Below are positions 12,640 to 25,080 of a DNA stretch of 64,000 nucleotides, piece by piece (position 1 is the first letter of the stretch; every line of letters begins with the position of its first letter). Position numbers and translations under genes: made by a program. Source of the DNA: Sphagnum compactum (Eukaryota); the NCBI GenBank assembly GCA_965153455.1, contig OZ234493.1:22992213-23056212 (forward strand), in the 5' to 3' direction. The notes under the pieces are model-generated. The model had not been told where the DNA came from. It did no database searches and saw nothing but the letters and a program-made list of their open reading frames with translations.

Positions 12640-14480
12640 AAGAAAAAAAACACTTGTTCGCTAAATAGGTTTCATCTTTAGATACTCCCACTCTAAAACA
12701 ACAACATTAGTATTGTACATAATTTTTTGCACAACACTTGGAAAAACATTAAACTATCCATCCAAATTTTGGTATAAGGTCTTGAAGGTTGGGAGGAGGA
12801 ACTAATTGTCATATGTAGCAATAGTTTCAATTGCAAAAAGTGGCCAACATAGTCTACCATTAAACTTAGGTCCTTAAATTGAAGACCCAACATAAGAGCA
12901 ACCATATTGTGAGCTTTAAAATGCCTTGAGAAATCTAGGATATCAAGGAAGGGCCTCAAAATGATAGTTACTTGCTTTTACATTTTAGCACCAAGTTGTT
13001 TCATCTTGGTGCACATGTCCATGTTTTCAATAACATCAACTTTTGCCTACAATGCCAATTTTTCCTTGGAAAATTTCACATACAATTTGATTGCCAAGAA
13101 AAGAAAATCTACCAATAGCTAATATTCATGGTGTTGATTAATTACACATGTTGTCATAATAGGAAAAAATGCATTCACAAATTACTTTAATAATTGTCTG
13201 TGTTTATGTTGAAGGAATCTTGTTAGTTGAAGCCTTTATTTGATTTGATTGTAACACATGATAATTGCAATTTGATAGGCCAAACATTGCTAAAACATTG
13301 CAACCTTGGATGCAAAATGCATTTTCATTAGAGTTGCCAATTTACATTCAGGCAAACCAAATTCTTGACATGTTCACCTATGTTTTTTTGCCACCTTGCT
13401 TACAATGCACAATGAAAATAAAGGATTGATTTTATTGTACATTTCATAGACTCCAAATGTTGGCATTTCAATATGAAAATCAAGATTACAAAATATTTAA
13501 TTATTTTGGCCATGTGATACAGATTGGAGGGACATTTGTGCAAATTTCACAGTAGTTAGCACTTTGTTTTTAAAAATCTTATCATTTGGTACATCTTGAG
13601 TTGCCTTTTTCATGGCATGTTGAAAACATGCACCATCAAAAGGATTATGCAAACTTAATGCCTCACAAGAAATTATTAATGTTAAAGTTGAAGTCATGTT
13701 TGCCAAATTGATGCCCTCATCTTTCACATAACACAAAATTTTAAAAATGAGGCCAAAGTTTTTGAACATGGCCTTCAATTGCCTTGTCAACATGTGCCAT
13801 GTAATATCATTGGTTTCACAAAAACCTATTGTGACATGATGAAGCTTCCAATTTTTAAAAAAAAAACTTATGACAAGAACAAAGGTATGTTACTACCCCC
13901 ATTCATCCACAAATCAAATTATAATTATAGGTGTGGCATCAAGTTGAAGTCACACGTACAAATCTAAATAATTTGCAACCTTAGTTGGAAGGATATCTTT
14001 GGACCATGTCTTTTGAAAAGGGAAAACCGATCTAGAATCCAACCCTAAAATTAACTTACACATCCACACGTGTTTAAGGGAAAAAACCATTTTGCCATGA
14101 ACAATACCAAGTCCCTAGAAATAATCTTTGAGTTTCATCTTGCTTCTTGCAAGAAATTTTACTTCCAAAAAAAATACAAATTACATTTGGAACTACTTTT
14201 GTGCATTTTTTGGCGGGCTATATAACCCTACAACTTTCATCATCCTTTGACTGTGACTTTAAAATGTCATCAACAATAGCAAGGTCTTCAATATATGTTG
14301 TTAAAAGCTTTAGATGTTTAGCTTCAACGTGCCTTTTCAAAATGAAGTGTTGTATGCAATGATCCCCTCTTTTTTGTTTTTTTCTCAATTAAAGCAAGAG
14401 ATACAACATGGGGAAAGCAAATACTACATCTCAATTGTTGCACTTGGTCACAATTAGGAAAATCCCCATTATGCATAACA
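12640..14480 (-). pseudogene. hAT transposase relic
   Basis: Minus-strand fragments in hAT order: FDLWM (~13915), YVKDEGINL, the CxxH motif CFQH (ORF 13497-13793) and KAHNMVALML...FKDL (ORF 12693-12959); many stops and frameshifts. Ends approximate. Confidence 0.78.
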
Positions 14481-15885
14481 AACAATGCCCCTGGAACATA
14501 CTTGCAAACTATCGCTAGCCCAAAACTTGGCTTAATTGTGTAAAAACAACAAGGATTTTATTCAACCCATATCCCTATTAGGAGAACTTTCAATGTTCAT
14601 ATTGGCATTCATAAATGAAGAAAATATTACCTTAAATGGAAGACCAATTGGACTAACTTTTTGGTTGCATGATGAAAATTAACAATCATGGCAAATGGAT
14701 ATAGTTTTCCAACCATATGGGAACAAAATGTGAAGAGTGAATGCATAATGTTCTAAGGCAACATTTCACCTTTTTTGAATTACAATGACAATTCCAAAAT
14801 ATGAAGCTCATGACATCCATGGGCATTGTTTACTCACATTACTAGGTGAAGCATGATGTCACACTACTAGGTGAAGGATCATGTTGAAGCAAACTTGAGG
14901 TGTCACCTAGCCACTTTGAAGGACCATTTTGTCACACTTTAGAAAACATGTGATGTTTTGCTAGATGGCTTAGACTTGGATAATCAAACACATTTGTTCA
15001 TTTAGACCAAAAAAAAAATCCCATGGAAATCATGTAGATGGATAGAAAAGATTGCAATCCCTTCCATTGATCATGGTTGAGGTTGGGAGCTAACCAAATT
15101 TTGACCTTGAAGATGCTTGAATGGTTCAAACTTGCTAAACAAATTATGATGTAAGTTTCAGGGTATGTGGAAGACAAGTGATGTTTTAGCACATTTGGTT
15201 TCTCTGATAAATAAGTTGCATAATCAATTGAAGATGCTTACATTTGTGTGTAAAGATGTTTGAGTAGGATTCTTTTATTTTGGAGACCTTCCAATATGAA
15301 ACCACTGTAGCTTGGAAAAAGAAGAAAGTTTTAAAAACAATTGAGGCCTACATACATAGGATTTGATCCTAATTCCTAAGGTTGTTCATTTTTTTTGCAC
15401 CAAGTTCCATCATTAAACATGTGATGATTTCAAATTAGAATTTTCCTTGAGTTGAAGTAGCCATATATGCCACTCAATTTTTTGCCACTAGAACCTAAGC
15501 CTTAAACACTAATAGATAAAAGCCACCACAAAAATGATAGAATGACCACCATGCTGACTAAGCATTCACAAAAGAAGCCACTGAGGCAACTTTCCCCAAA
15601 AGGATTAATTTTGCATTATAATTTAGGTCTCTTATTATAAGGATTAAGATAAATACAATTCAAGTGTTTTGTAAAGAACTACAAATTAAATAGTGTCCTT
15701 CTTAACACAAAAAAAAGAGAAAAATGTGGATTTGTTTTTCCTTAGTGTAAATATGACTAAATTTTCTTTTTCTTTTTTCGAAAAAAATAACCAAATCTTT
15801 TTTTTCACAAAATTTGAAAAAAACACTTGACTACAATTAGATGTGATAAATTTTTTTGTGATAATTTACTTGTAATAATAAGGTA

Positions 15886-16320
15886 CTAGTATGGCCTGTG
15901 CCATTGGCCCAAGTGTTACCACGTCCTCAACTGATTTTTCCTTCCAAAACCTGGTTTTTTGGAATTTATTTGAATTTTCAGCAGCAGAAATCACTTAAAA
16001 ATCAATATCTCCCACATTCTGAATCCAAGTCTTACCAAATAAATTCCATTAAATCCTGCTCATCAAGATCTTTCCAACAACACCAAAAGCACATCCAATT
16101 CCTCCAAAATTCTCAGCTATGATTTAATTTAATTTTCAGTGAAGAAATCATTCAATTTTCAAGAACTTTTGCACCACAAGTCCAAATGTCATGGAACCAA
16201 GCCCATGCACCCCTCCTCATCGAGAGCTTTCCAAAGACACCAAGAACAAAATTTGAATCATCCCAGTTTGGTGGATTTCATAACTACAAAACAAAACAAA
16301 ACAAACTACCTTCCTTCATC
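15886..16320 (-). mobile_element. Non-autonomous Helitron-like repeat nested in the hAT element
   Basis: Minus strand ends ...GGGCCAATGGCACAGGCCATA-CTAG|T (weak GC hairpin plus CTAG-T); internal duplication ctcatcaagatctttccaacaacacc / ctcatcgagagctttccaaagacacc. No clear 5' TC end. Confidence 0.45.
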
Positions 16321-18664
16321 TTCTATCCATAACTTGGACTAACTTTAAGGACATCACAAGTCATGATTTCAAGATTTAAAAATCCCACTAGAAACTACCA
16401 TGTTATGTTGAATTGTGCCAAAAGTGTAAGGTAAAACCCAAGGGATTGGGATGTTAGCTTACATTATCCCAAAGATCATAAGGGCTTTTTCAAGAATAGG
16501 GGAAAGGTTTGGAAAAAATGAAATGTTCCTTGGCAAAACATGATAACTTCTCAAAAATCAAATGTTTGCTCACTATGTGGAGTAACAATTATGCCACATA
16601 CTAGGGCCTTTATTAATTTATATAATAAAAAATTGAGGTTCATATGTCTCATCAAAATTTATTTTTAAAAACTGGATATTAAACATTTACACTGAATGTA
16701 AATCTCAAATCATTTACATGCACAACTTTGGTTCAAATTTTCAAATTTGTATTTTAAGTTGATGGGCTAGGTGACCTAGGTTAACCTAGGTTCTTAGATG
16801 CCTAACCTACATTCCTATGTGTTTAACGTAGCCTAAATGACTACTAAGTGCTTAGTCTAAGTTTTTAACCCAATCTAACTATGAACCGAGATGCTAGTTA
16901 ATGAATTATATATTAATGAATTTGATTAGCTATTAGTAAATTACTAATTAATGAATTCAACTAATTATTAGTGAATTAACTTGTTCGTGGCAATTGGTTT
17001 TTGTTTTTTTAGTAAGGGATTGATCACTTTTATCATGAAAAAATTGTCTAATTTTATTCAAATTTTAATAAGATATAGAATGAACTAGAACACATATTGA
17101 TGTAGTGAGAAAATAATTTTTTTCAAAAAGCAACCATTTAAAAATCCTCCAAGTCTTTATCTTCTGAATGGAAGATACTAGTGTCAAACAATTTTCATCA
17201 TAAGTCTTTTGATTATCAAAAGATGAGGTTCAACCTCTAGGGCAAGTGACAAGGATGGTGTCCTCTTTTCGAAGGCCAACCCTACAACTTCATACCGAAG
17301 TGTCAAGTGTTTGAATAGTTGTGATCATGTGAAATCCAATACCATAATAATGAAAGCCATTTTTTTCCCAATCATTCAAACCTTCAAATGGATTTTCAAG
17401 GATCATTTTAAGAAGTTTAACTTCATCAAATTCAAACGTCGCATCAACTAAATCTTGGATAAAATGACCTTCGTGATTTAGTCGGGGTTATTCCAATTAT
17501 GTTTCATTAGAAAGAACCTCATTGTGGAATTGTCGATCAACTTTCATTGTTGCGCATGCATAACTCCCTCCTTTGCCAAATAACATACAGTCCTCCTTTC
17601 ACAACAATTACTGACCAATCTCTGATATGGTTGAATGATCCAAGCAAATAATAGTTCTGTTTGAGGGTTTAGGGTTTAACATTAGTTTATCTTTTCATAT
17701 ATATGCTATGTATTTTCATACCTGGATTATGAATATGAAAAAAAAATTAACACATGCCTTTTCATGTCCATGATATTTACATTAAAATAATTTAATCACT
17801 TCCCTCTTTCAAGGTTGAAGCCTTCCACTCAATCCTTTTCCCTTGAAAATTTGAAAATTGACACAAACTCAAAACTATTGGGATCAATATGGGAACATAA
17901 TAGAGGAAAAATAGGGGAGTGGGTGAAGTGAGGGGATTCTGCTCAGTTTGGAGCCAAGGGCATTATACTCATACTGCATATTGTGCAGAGCAGCTTGAGA
18001 GCACTCGATCTACTTTCTATACCTAATAGCCACCACCATTGCTGATAGTATAGAGAAACACTCATAAGTGATTCCAGAGGAATGTCTACAAACAATTTGT
18101 TACTTCAGTTCCCTGCATGATTTTATGGACAAGAAACACATGCAAGGAATTGGAACTCATTTGATAAAATGCAACATGAAGTGGAGAAATCACCATCTGG
18201 TTACTGTTGCAGGCACTGCGGTTCTGAATCTGTTTTCGGGCGTAGCAGCAATTGAACAGGACAGATGTGTTCTTGAACAGACTTTTCAGGACTGGGTTCG
18301 AGTCTCATGACTTAACAAGTAGTAGCCTCATGTGGGAGTACTGGGGATTACCAAACAAAATGTTCAAAAGGATGGCTGGATGCAAACCTAGCTGCAAGAC
18401 AACAAGCCCTAGATTGGCCAAAGGCCAGACTCTACATCTAACAAGAAACAAGACATGACCAAGAAGTTATATAGAACAAACTCAGAGGATCAGATTGAGT
18501 TTTCTCTAGAAAAAGTGGCAAACTGCCTCTAAATCTCCACAATTTGCTAAGAAGACCATGATGTCAGCTGCTATTGCTTTTTCATTGAATATCACAAATG
18601 ACTCAAAGCTCCAGTCCAAAACAAGACCCCAATGAGAGTCCCTAAACATGGGCAAACTAATTCT

Positions 18665-20949
18665 TTACATGAAATCAAAATCATTATCTGCATCATAAGT
18701 TGCAGCCGCAAAACTGTCTTCATCAGGCTTGTCCACAATGAGCTGCTTTTTCTTTGCACCTGTGGACAAATTACCAACATTAGTTCCTCATGAGAGAGCC
18801 CACTGAGGTATCAAGAAATGAAAGTGTAGCAGACCTACTCAAATAAATATGTATCACTAATGCTATGCAACAGAACACATACACTTCTCAGCAGGTTACC
18901 AAGTTCCAACTCATAATATCCCAGGCATCTCATTTGTGCAGAAGTTAGCAATAATCCCATCATATGTACACTTTAATATGAGTTTGGTTTGCAACTTTTC
19001 CTTTGACCAATGGTTTCATTACATGTTTTAACACATCTAACAGTTTCAAACTCCACACCATGCAGACTGCCAAACTGTCACTAAAGCTTACTTGTCTTCT
19101 TCTTCCCTGCTGTTGCATCCTTCTCAGCTTTAAGCTTTTCATTGGCAATAACAGTCATGCTTGATGCCACCTCTTTTGCATCAGCAGCTTTCAAAGATGA
19201 GACTGCATGTCTCATCAAAGCCCGAAGTAGAGTCATGTAATGAAAACTTTTCTGCATGGCAAAGCATAACAAGGCCAAACACATTTTGCCATGTTAAAGA
19301 GTAATACTAGTGTAGTCCTCGGATCAAATGTTCAAAGAACATTCTACCTTAAATGGGAATGGAATCTATTCACAACCACAGTAGTAATGGATGCAATTGT
19401 GCAAACAACAGAGTCTTGCTTACTGAAAACGAGTTCATCTCCTCATTTATTTCTCCACTTATGTACATTTTCTGCTGGAATGATTCATGTGTGGATCATC
19501 AAAAGAGACACCATTCAAACAAAAGTACACTCTCCTGTTATTGCTGGGCCAAAAACAAGCCTCAGCAAATGAAGAAGCAGTAGGAGAAGAACTCTCACGA
19601 GCATCAAGAATTCTCCATACTCATGATAAAGAAAGCCAGTAGGAGAACTACAAAAGATAATGGCTGCACAGTACTCTGATATAAACATGGCTTGTGATTG
19701 GTAACAGTGGAAGTCTCACCTCAAAAGGCCTTAACTTTTGTGCAAGAAGCTCAGCATACTCCAGGAAATCAGCTTCAGACTTAGGAATGAAACTGTCTAG
19801 ACTTGGGCCACCACCAGACTTTTTCTCACCAAAGAGCTCTGTTGTGTGTTGATAGTCAGCCTCCTCTACAAGCCTGTTTCATACCACATACAGAAGAAAG
19901 CAAGCCCTGTATTGTCACTTTGGCCTTGTGGCACAAAATCAGATGCATCCAACAGTTCTTGCACCACAAGTTCTTGCAAAAAAGAAAAAAAAACTACCCA
20001 GATCATGCATCCAACAGTGGTCAAAATTTGTGAGAAGTGAGAATGAATTTACCTCTGTTGACGTAGCTTCTCAGCCAGGGGATCGGCAAGCCTGTCATCT
20101 TGAATAGATGATTTTGCAGTCTTTGTATCAACTGCCTTTTTTTTCTCTGTCTTTGGCTTTACCACAGCAGGCACCTGTGCAGCAACAGAAACAATAGAGA
20201 ACCTATTAGTAGCCGCCCTCAGGGTTCATCTCACTGAGAAATTGGCCACCAGTTACCTTGAAAAAAAGGAGAAAACCTCACATAAACAGGTATGTGCACT
20301 AACTGAAGAACTGTGAGCTAGCCAAAAAGACTCCCGTGCACAAAACTGGCTGCATCAGACCATATTCAACAAGAGTAGACTGACCCTGAAACGACCTATA
20401 CTGCGCATAGGGCACTTACAAGCACTTACAGGCTTGGGCTTGTCCTCCTCTTCCCAGGACTGCTTCACTTCCTCCTCTTCCACATCTTCGTCATCCCACT
20501 GATTCTTTGGCGCTTCCTTGGCAAGCACTGGCGGTACAGGCACGAAATCTTCCGACTCTGCAGCTCCGAACAAAAAACTTTTGTTTTATGTGAGAAACCC
20601 TAAATCGGATCCTTCATAGTGGAAGGACACTTTCATCTTTCTCCTTAACAGCAGCAGCAGCAATGAGTTCATTATACAACAACAAAAGGAAATTCATTAC
20701 TTCCTAGAGAAAAGCTCAGCAATACCCTTCCATGCAAAAAGAGAAAAAGAAAAAACTTCTTGCTTGAAGCTGGAGATCATATCCATATCGCAAGGAAGGA
20801 CATGAATCTAGCCGTGATCAAACCGCCTACAGGTCTAGCAAGCAGTCTAACACTCCTGAAAACAGAAAAAAACAAAAACAAAAGAAAGAATCTCAGGAGA
20901 ACTACAAAAGCAGATCCAACGAAGAACACATACCCCAGTCATCGTCCAT
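18665..20949 (-). CDS. EIF3J: Eukaryotic translation initiation factor 3 subunit J
   Basis: Exons 20949-20934, 20557-20430, 20174-20053, 19873-19720, 19251-19092, 18759-18665, all GT-AG. Protein MDDDWESEDF...WDDEDVEEEEVKQSWEEE...DPLAEKLRQQRLVEEADY...FIPKSEADFLEYAEL...KSFHY...ANEKLKAEK...DNDFDFM*, the eIF3j/Hcr1 pattern. Confidence 0.95.
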
Positions 20950-21345
20950 GTTGCTGCTCTGCCTCACGGCTTCTTCACCCCGGAATTCAATACTACTGCA
21001 CAGGAAGGGGGCCGGGGGGGGTGGAAAAAACACAGGCAGAGAACAAGGTCAAGCTCTGAGGCTATTAAAGCCCTTCACAGAAAGAGAGAGAGAGAGACAC
21101 AGACAGACAGAAGAAGTGCTCCTTTGCCGAAAAAGAAAAAGAAAAGGGAAAGCACTGCTGCGTCTCTCTCTGCGGCGTCTGCTGCTGTGGTGTGTTGGTG
21201 GTTTTTGTAGCAGCTGCGCGTAGGTGATGATCCTCCTCTTCTGTGTTGTGTGTGTGACGAAGGAGTTGGGGCGGGGCGCAAAACACCTAAGCTTTGTGAG
21301 AATGCTGCAACACACGAACAAACAATGCACTCTTTGTTTCTTCCC

Positions 21346-22020
21346 ATTATGAACTGAGCTTGGACCCCTACATGGATGACATATAGACTAAGAGTGAGTG
21401 TTCTCATCCAGGGATCCAACGCCACGCCCTAAGTTCGTTAGGTACCTCTTCTATTTTTGTCACAATTTAAGCAGAAATTTATTAAAGAAAAGAAAGGCAA
21501 AGAAAACAAAGGTTTGCTTCAATTATGAGCCAAGCTCTATCCCCTCATGGATGAAAAATATAGACCAAGAGTGAGTGTTCTCATCCATGGATCCAACAGC
21601 CTAGGTTAGTTACTTTCTGCCTAAGTTATGTCACAATTTAGGAAGAAATTTATTTATAAAAAAAAAAAGGGACTTATAAAAGGTTTGCTTCAATTATGAG
21701 CGAAGCACTTATCCCCTAATGGATGAAAAATAGACGAAGAATCTTCTCATCCATGGATCCAACACCCTAAGTTAGTTATTCCCTGCCTAAGTTAGCCTAT
21801 GTCACAATTTAAGAAGAAATTTAGGAAAAAAAAAAAGGCAAACAAAAAAAGGGACTTGAGTTATAGAAGAAGGTTTGCTTCAATTATGAGCCAATCACAT
21901 ATCCCCTCGTGGATGAAATGTAGACGAACATACTTCTCATCCATGTACCCAACAACCCTAAGTTCCTCTGTGCCCAAGTTATGTCACAATTTTGACAAGA
22001 ACTTATTATAAAAAAGGAAA
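21346..22020. repeat. Four tandem ~170-190 bp units directly upstream of eIF3j
   Basis: Units start near 21346, 21522, 21693 and 21883; each has attatga..., TGGATGA...TCATCCA, cctaag and tgtcacaattt, followed by an A-rich tract. Confidence 0.88.
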
Positions 22021-22784
22021 AAAGATTTGGACGGTCTGCCCGGATGTACGGGCAGCCTGACTTAGTCAAGGTGGAATTAAAAGAGGTATTGACAAATCCA
22101 GTGTTGACCGGTTCTTTGATTTTGTTATAACCGCTGGTTCGGGGGGTTTTTTTGGGGGGCAAAAAAAATTCAAATCAAAGAACTGTTTGGGGTGGGTTAT
22201 ATGGAAACTGCATATACCCTCCTCAATCTTACCCGCCGGTTCCTTCTTTGACGGTATAGAGAACCACACCATACTGGTATACTGGGGTACTAGAGGTCAG
22301 TTCGACATTAATTAAATTATTTGCAAAATTTTCAAAAAACAAAAAAAAAAAAATAAAAAAAAAAAATAGATTAGGTATGTTGAATTTTTATTAAAACAAC
22401 ATTACTTTTATTTTATCATTGCATTCTTTTTTTTCTCCCATTTAATGGGTCTTGTTTATTATTTTCACAAAGAAATGAAGTGATTGTCTAATATGTGTGC
22501 ATACATGAGGAAGTCGACAACTTGAGAGAAAAAAATAATGATTTTTTCACTGCTCTAAAAAGTAGAGTATTCAACGGTCTTAACTTCATGAAAGAGAAAT
22601 TGATGTTCATTTCTAATTAATTTAATTAATTATTATTCAACCTTTAATTTGATATGTTAAATTAATATCTCAACTTTTGTCAAATGTAAAATATAATTAA
22701 AAAGGGTGTTAAATTGAGTCTTTGAAAATTAATTACATACTTGACACTGAGTTCTGAAATTAGCCGAAATACTATGGTATTAAT

Positions 22785-23696
22785 CAATGTTGTGTGTGTA
22801 AATGGTTTGGGACTTACACTTCATGTAAGTGTAAATTCCATAAATGAAATTTATTTACACTCCATGCAAGTGTAAGTGTATAATATTCATTTACATTCGT
22901 GTAAATGTAGAATATGAAATGTGTAAGTGTAAAACTGTGTAAATTTATTTTATGCTGTGTAAAACAGTGTAAGTGTAAAAATAAATATATTTATATGATT
23001 TTACATGGCTATGACAAATAATGTAAATATATAACAATGTTAAAAATGTGATTTTTATTTGAGGTGGGGAAATTCATAATGTTTTTGAAGATAAGCCAGC
23101 TAAATTGCCCATTGCAAAAAAAAAAACCATAAAAAATTCATATGACTTTGCAAGAAGGTCTGGTCATTATAGATATATAATAAAAATATCTATAAAGTAA
23201 GGAAAACAACACTAGAACTCTGAGTTTGATCATAAATAGGGTGAGATTCAAAAAAATGAAAAACATTAGCATTCAAGCGTGGGGGGGACCTCAGGTTTTG
23301 TGGCGAATTGAGTTTCACCCTGTCTTTCCTTTTTCTGTAGCCCCTCTACTGTTGCTACGTATATTTTCACTGCTCCTACTTGTAAAGCTACTATAATTAG
23401 TCTTGAACCTTGTGCATTAAAATGCTGATTTTCAGCATTTCATTCCCAGATTTAATAAAATTTCCTTGCTTTATAGATACCTTTGAAAGAAGGGTTTTGG
23501 TGAAAGGAGGCCCAAAGATAGGGCGACTTTACAAAAAAAATTTAGTATCTACACTTACATGCCCCAAAACATTTACATGGGGCCCTGTAGGTGTATTTGA
23601 CAAATATTTACACTGGCTTTGTGTAAGTGTGATTTACACTTACACTGGATTTACACTCCATATATACAACTATTGACACTCACACGCACAACACTG
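22785..23696. mobile_element. Non-autonomous hAT element (912 bp), same family as 10811-16730
   Basis: TIRs caatgttgtgtgtgt / acacgcacaacactg; 8-bp TSD gtattaat (22777-22784) / gtattaac (23697-23704); dense tgtaagtgta/ttacac subterminal repeats; left end aligns by eye with 10811-10960. Confidence 0.85.
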
Positions 23697-23869
23697 GTAT
23701 TAACCAATTTTCATCATTGAGTTTTACCAACAAAATATTCTCCCCATTGAAAGAGTGGTGTGTGGATTTGGATGGGCCCTAATTATGGGGTAAAGAATCA
23801 ATAAAAGAAAGAGATTGGAATTAAGAGGAGGGACCTTAGAATCCCATACTTGAAGTACTGTTTTTAAAG

Positions 23870-24157
23870 AATAATTTGGTGATGTAGCCAAATTGGTGAT
23901 CATCTAGAAAAAATGATTTAGCCAAATTTGGCTACATAATAGAGGAAAGTAGAAAGAAAAAGAATCTTTTTGTATTGTTGGTTATGGATTGGAACTTATC
24001 ATAAAAGTTTGGCAATTTCAAATTTTGTTTTTGGAATTTGACAAATTTGGGCCATTTTTTCCATGAAAGATCCTTTCAATATGTTGAAGTCGTGTTATTC
24101 AAGTCAAAATTTGATGAAAGGTTTGTGATAAAAAGTTGAAGAAAGATGAAACCCCTG
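23870..24157 (+). mobile_element. Abundant MITE-like dispersed repeat (ttagccaaatttggctac family)
   Basis: Core gatgtagccaaa...atc...tttagccaaatttggctac recurs at ~26920-27000, ~27440-27500 (reverse), 41215-41492, ~60370-60590 (reverse) and ~60690-60945. Confidence 0.7.
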
Positions 24158-24159
24158 GT

Positions 24160-25080
24160 GGATGAAATAACACCATAAATTGTTGTAGTCTGTATGTGAG
24201 AAAGTTTCGGTAGTTGATGGTGATGGGTGGGATGTTGCTGTTTGCTTTGCTTTTGTGTTGGTGTTTTTGTTTTTTTGCAAGTTATTTTGTGGTGGTTTGA
24301 TTTCTATTGTGATAGTGATAAATGTTTGGAATTCGGCTAATGCTTTTCATTGTGGTGAGAAAGTTGGTGATTTTGATGGGGGTTCTTGGCGGTTGTGAGT
24401 GATGGAGCTTTGGAAGAATAATTATTTAAAAAGTGTAGTACTGCTTCTTGTGGCAACTAAGTATCACATTCTGATTTGTGTGAAGTAGGTAGTGTGATAG
24501 GAATGTGTGTGGTGAGGTGAAATTGAGGAAGAATGTTTCAATGGAAACCTGTTTTTCCTTTTAATGCATATAAAATTCCATTGCACATACGTTTTAGGAG
24601 AAGGAATGTAGGTGCAGAAGTAGATTTCAGGGGTCAATGTAAGGAAGTGATGATGATTTCTAGGGGTTTCAGATGTGGTTCTCGTGGCAGTGTTGGGTGT
24701 GGTTTGTATTTTTGTTGTTGAAAGTGATATATGTGTTTGTGGTGCTAGGAGAAAGAATACCCATACCTTGAAAGCTTCGAAGATTTGAACTTTGTTTTGG
24801 GTGAAGTTCATTCATGTGAAACATATGTGGTGGAAATCCAATTAATGAAACATCTTTATAAAATTCCTAAGTTAAACATTGTAATCTGTGCATTTTGGAA
24901 GTACTTGTGGCAAATTCAGGGAAGGCATCAAATCATGTTGCATGTTTAGTTTACAATACCTGTGATGATTTAAGTCTCTAAAATATTGTGGAAGAAATTT
25001 TGTTTTGGGTTGTTATGGGGATGAATATATCAGTGATGGGAGTTATGTGTTTGTGTTTTAAATAAGTATTATCTGAAAAG
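24160..25080 (-). mobile_element. Probable highly decayed non-LTR retrotransposon 3' remnant
   Basis: Strong G/T strand skew and T/P/H-rich broken minus-strand frames; similar blocks at ~9000-10050 and ~48700-49400. No diagnostic motif confidently read. Confidence 0.3.

Larger units (their letters stand above)
10811..16730 (-). mobile_element. Decayed full-length hAT-superfamily DNA transposon (~5.9 kb) with nested insertions
   Basis: Left end caatgttgtgcatgtatat and right end atttacatgcacaactttg are inverted repeats; TGTAAGTGTA/TTACAC subterminal repeats; internal hAT transposase relic. 8-bp flanks atttagat/gttcaaat match 5/8, all differences transitions. Confidence 0.62.

Noticed and set aside
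18880..18965. Intronic C/D snoRNA in eIF3j (ATGATGG...CTGA on minus)
   Set aside because: Imperfect C box, no terminal stem and no recognisable rRNA guide.
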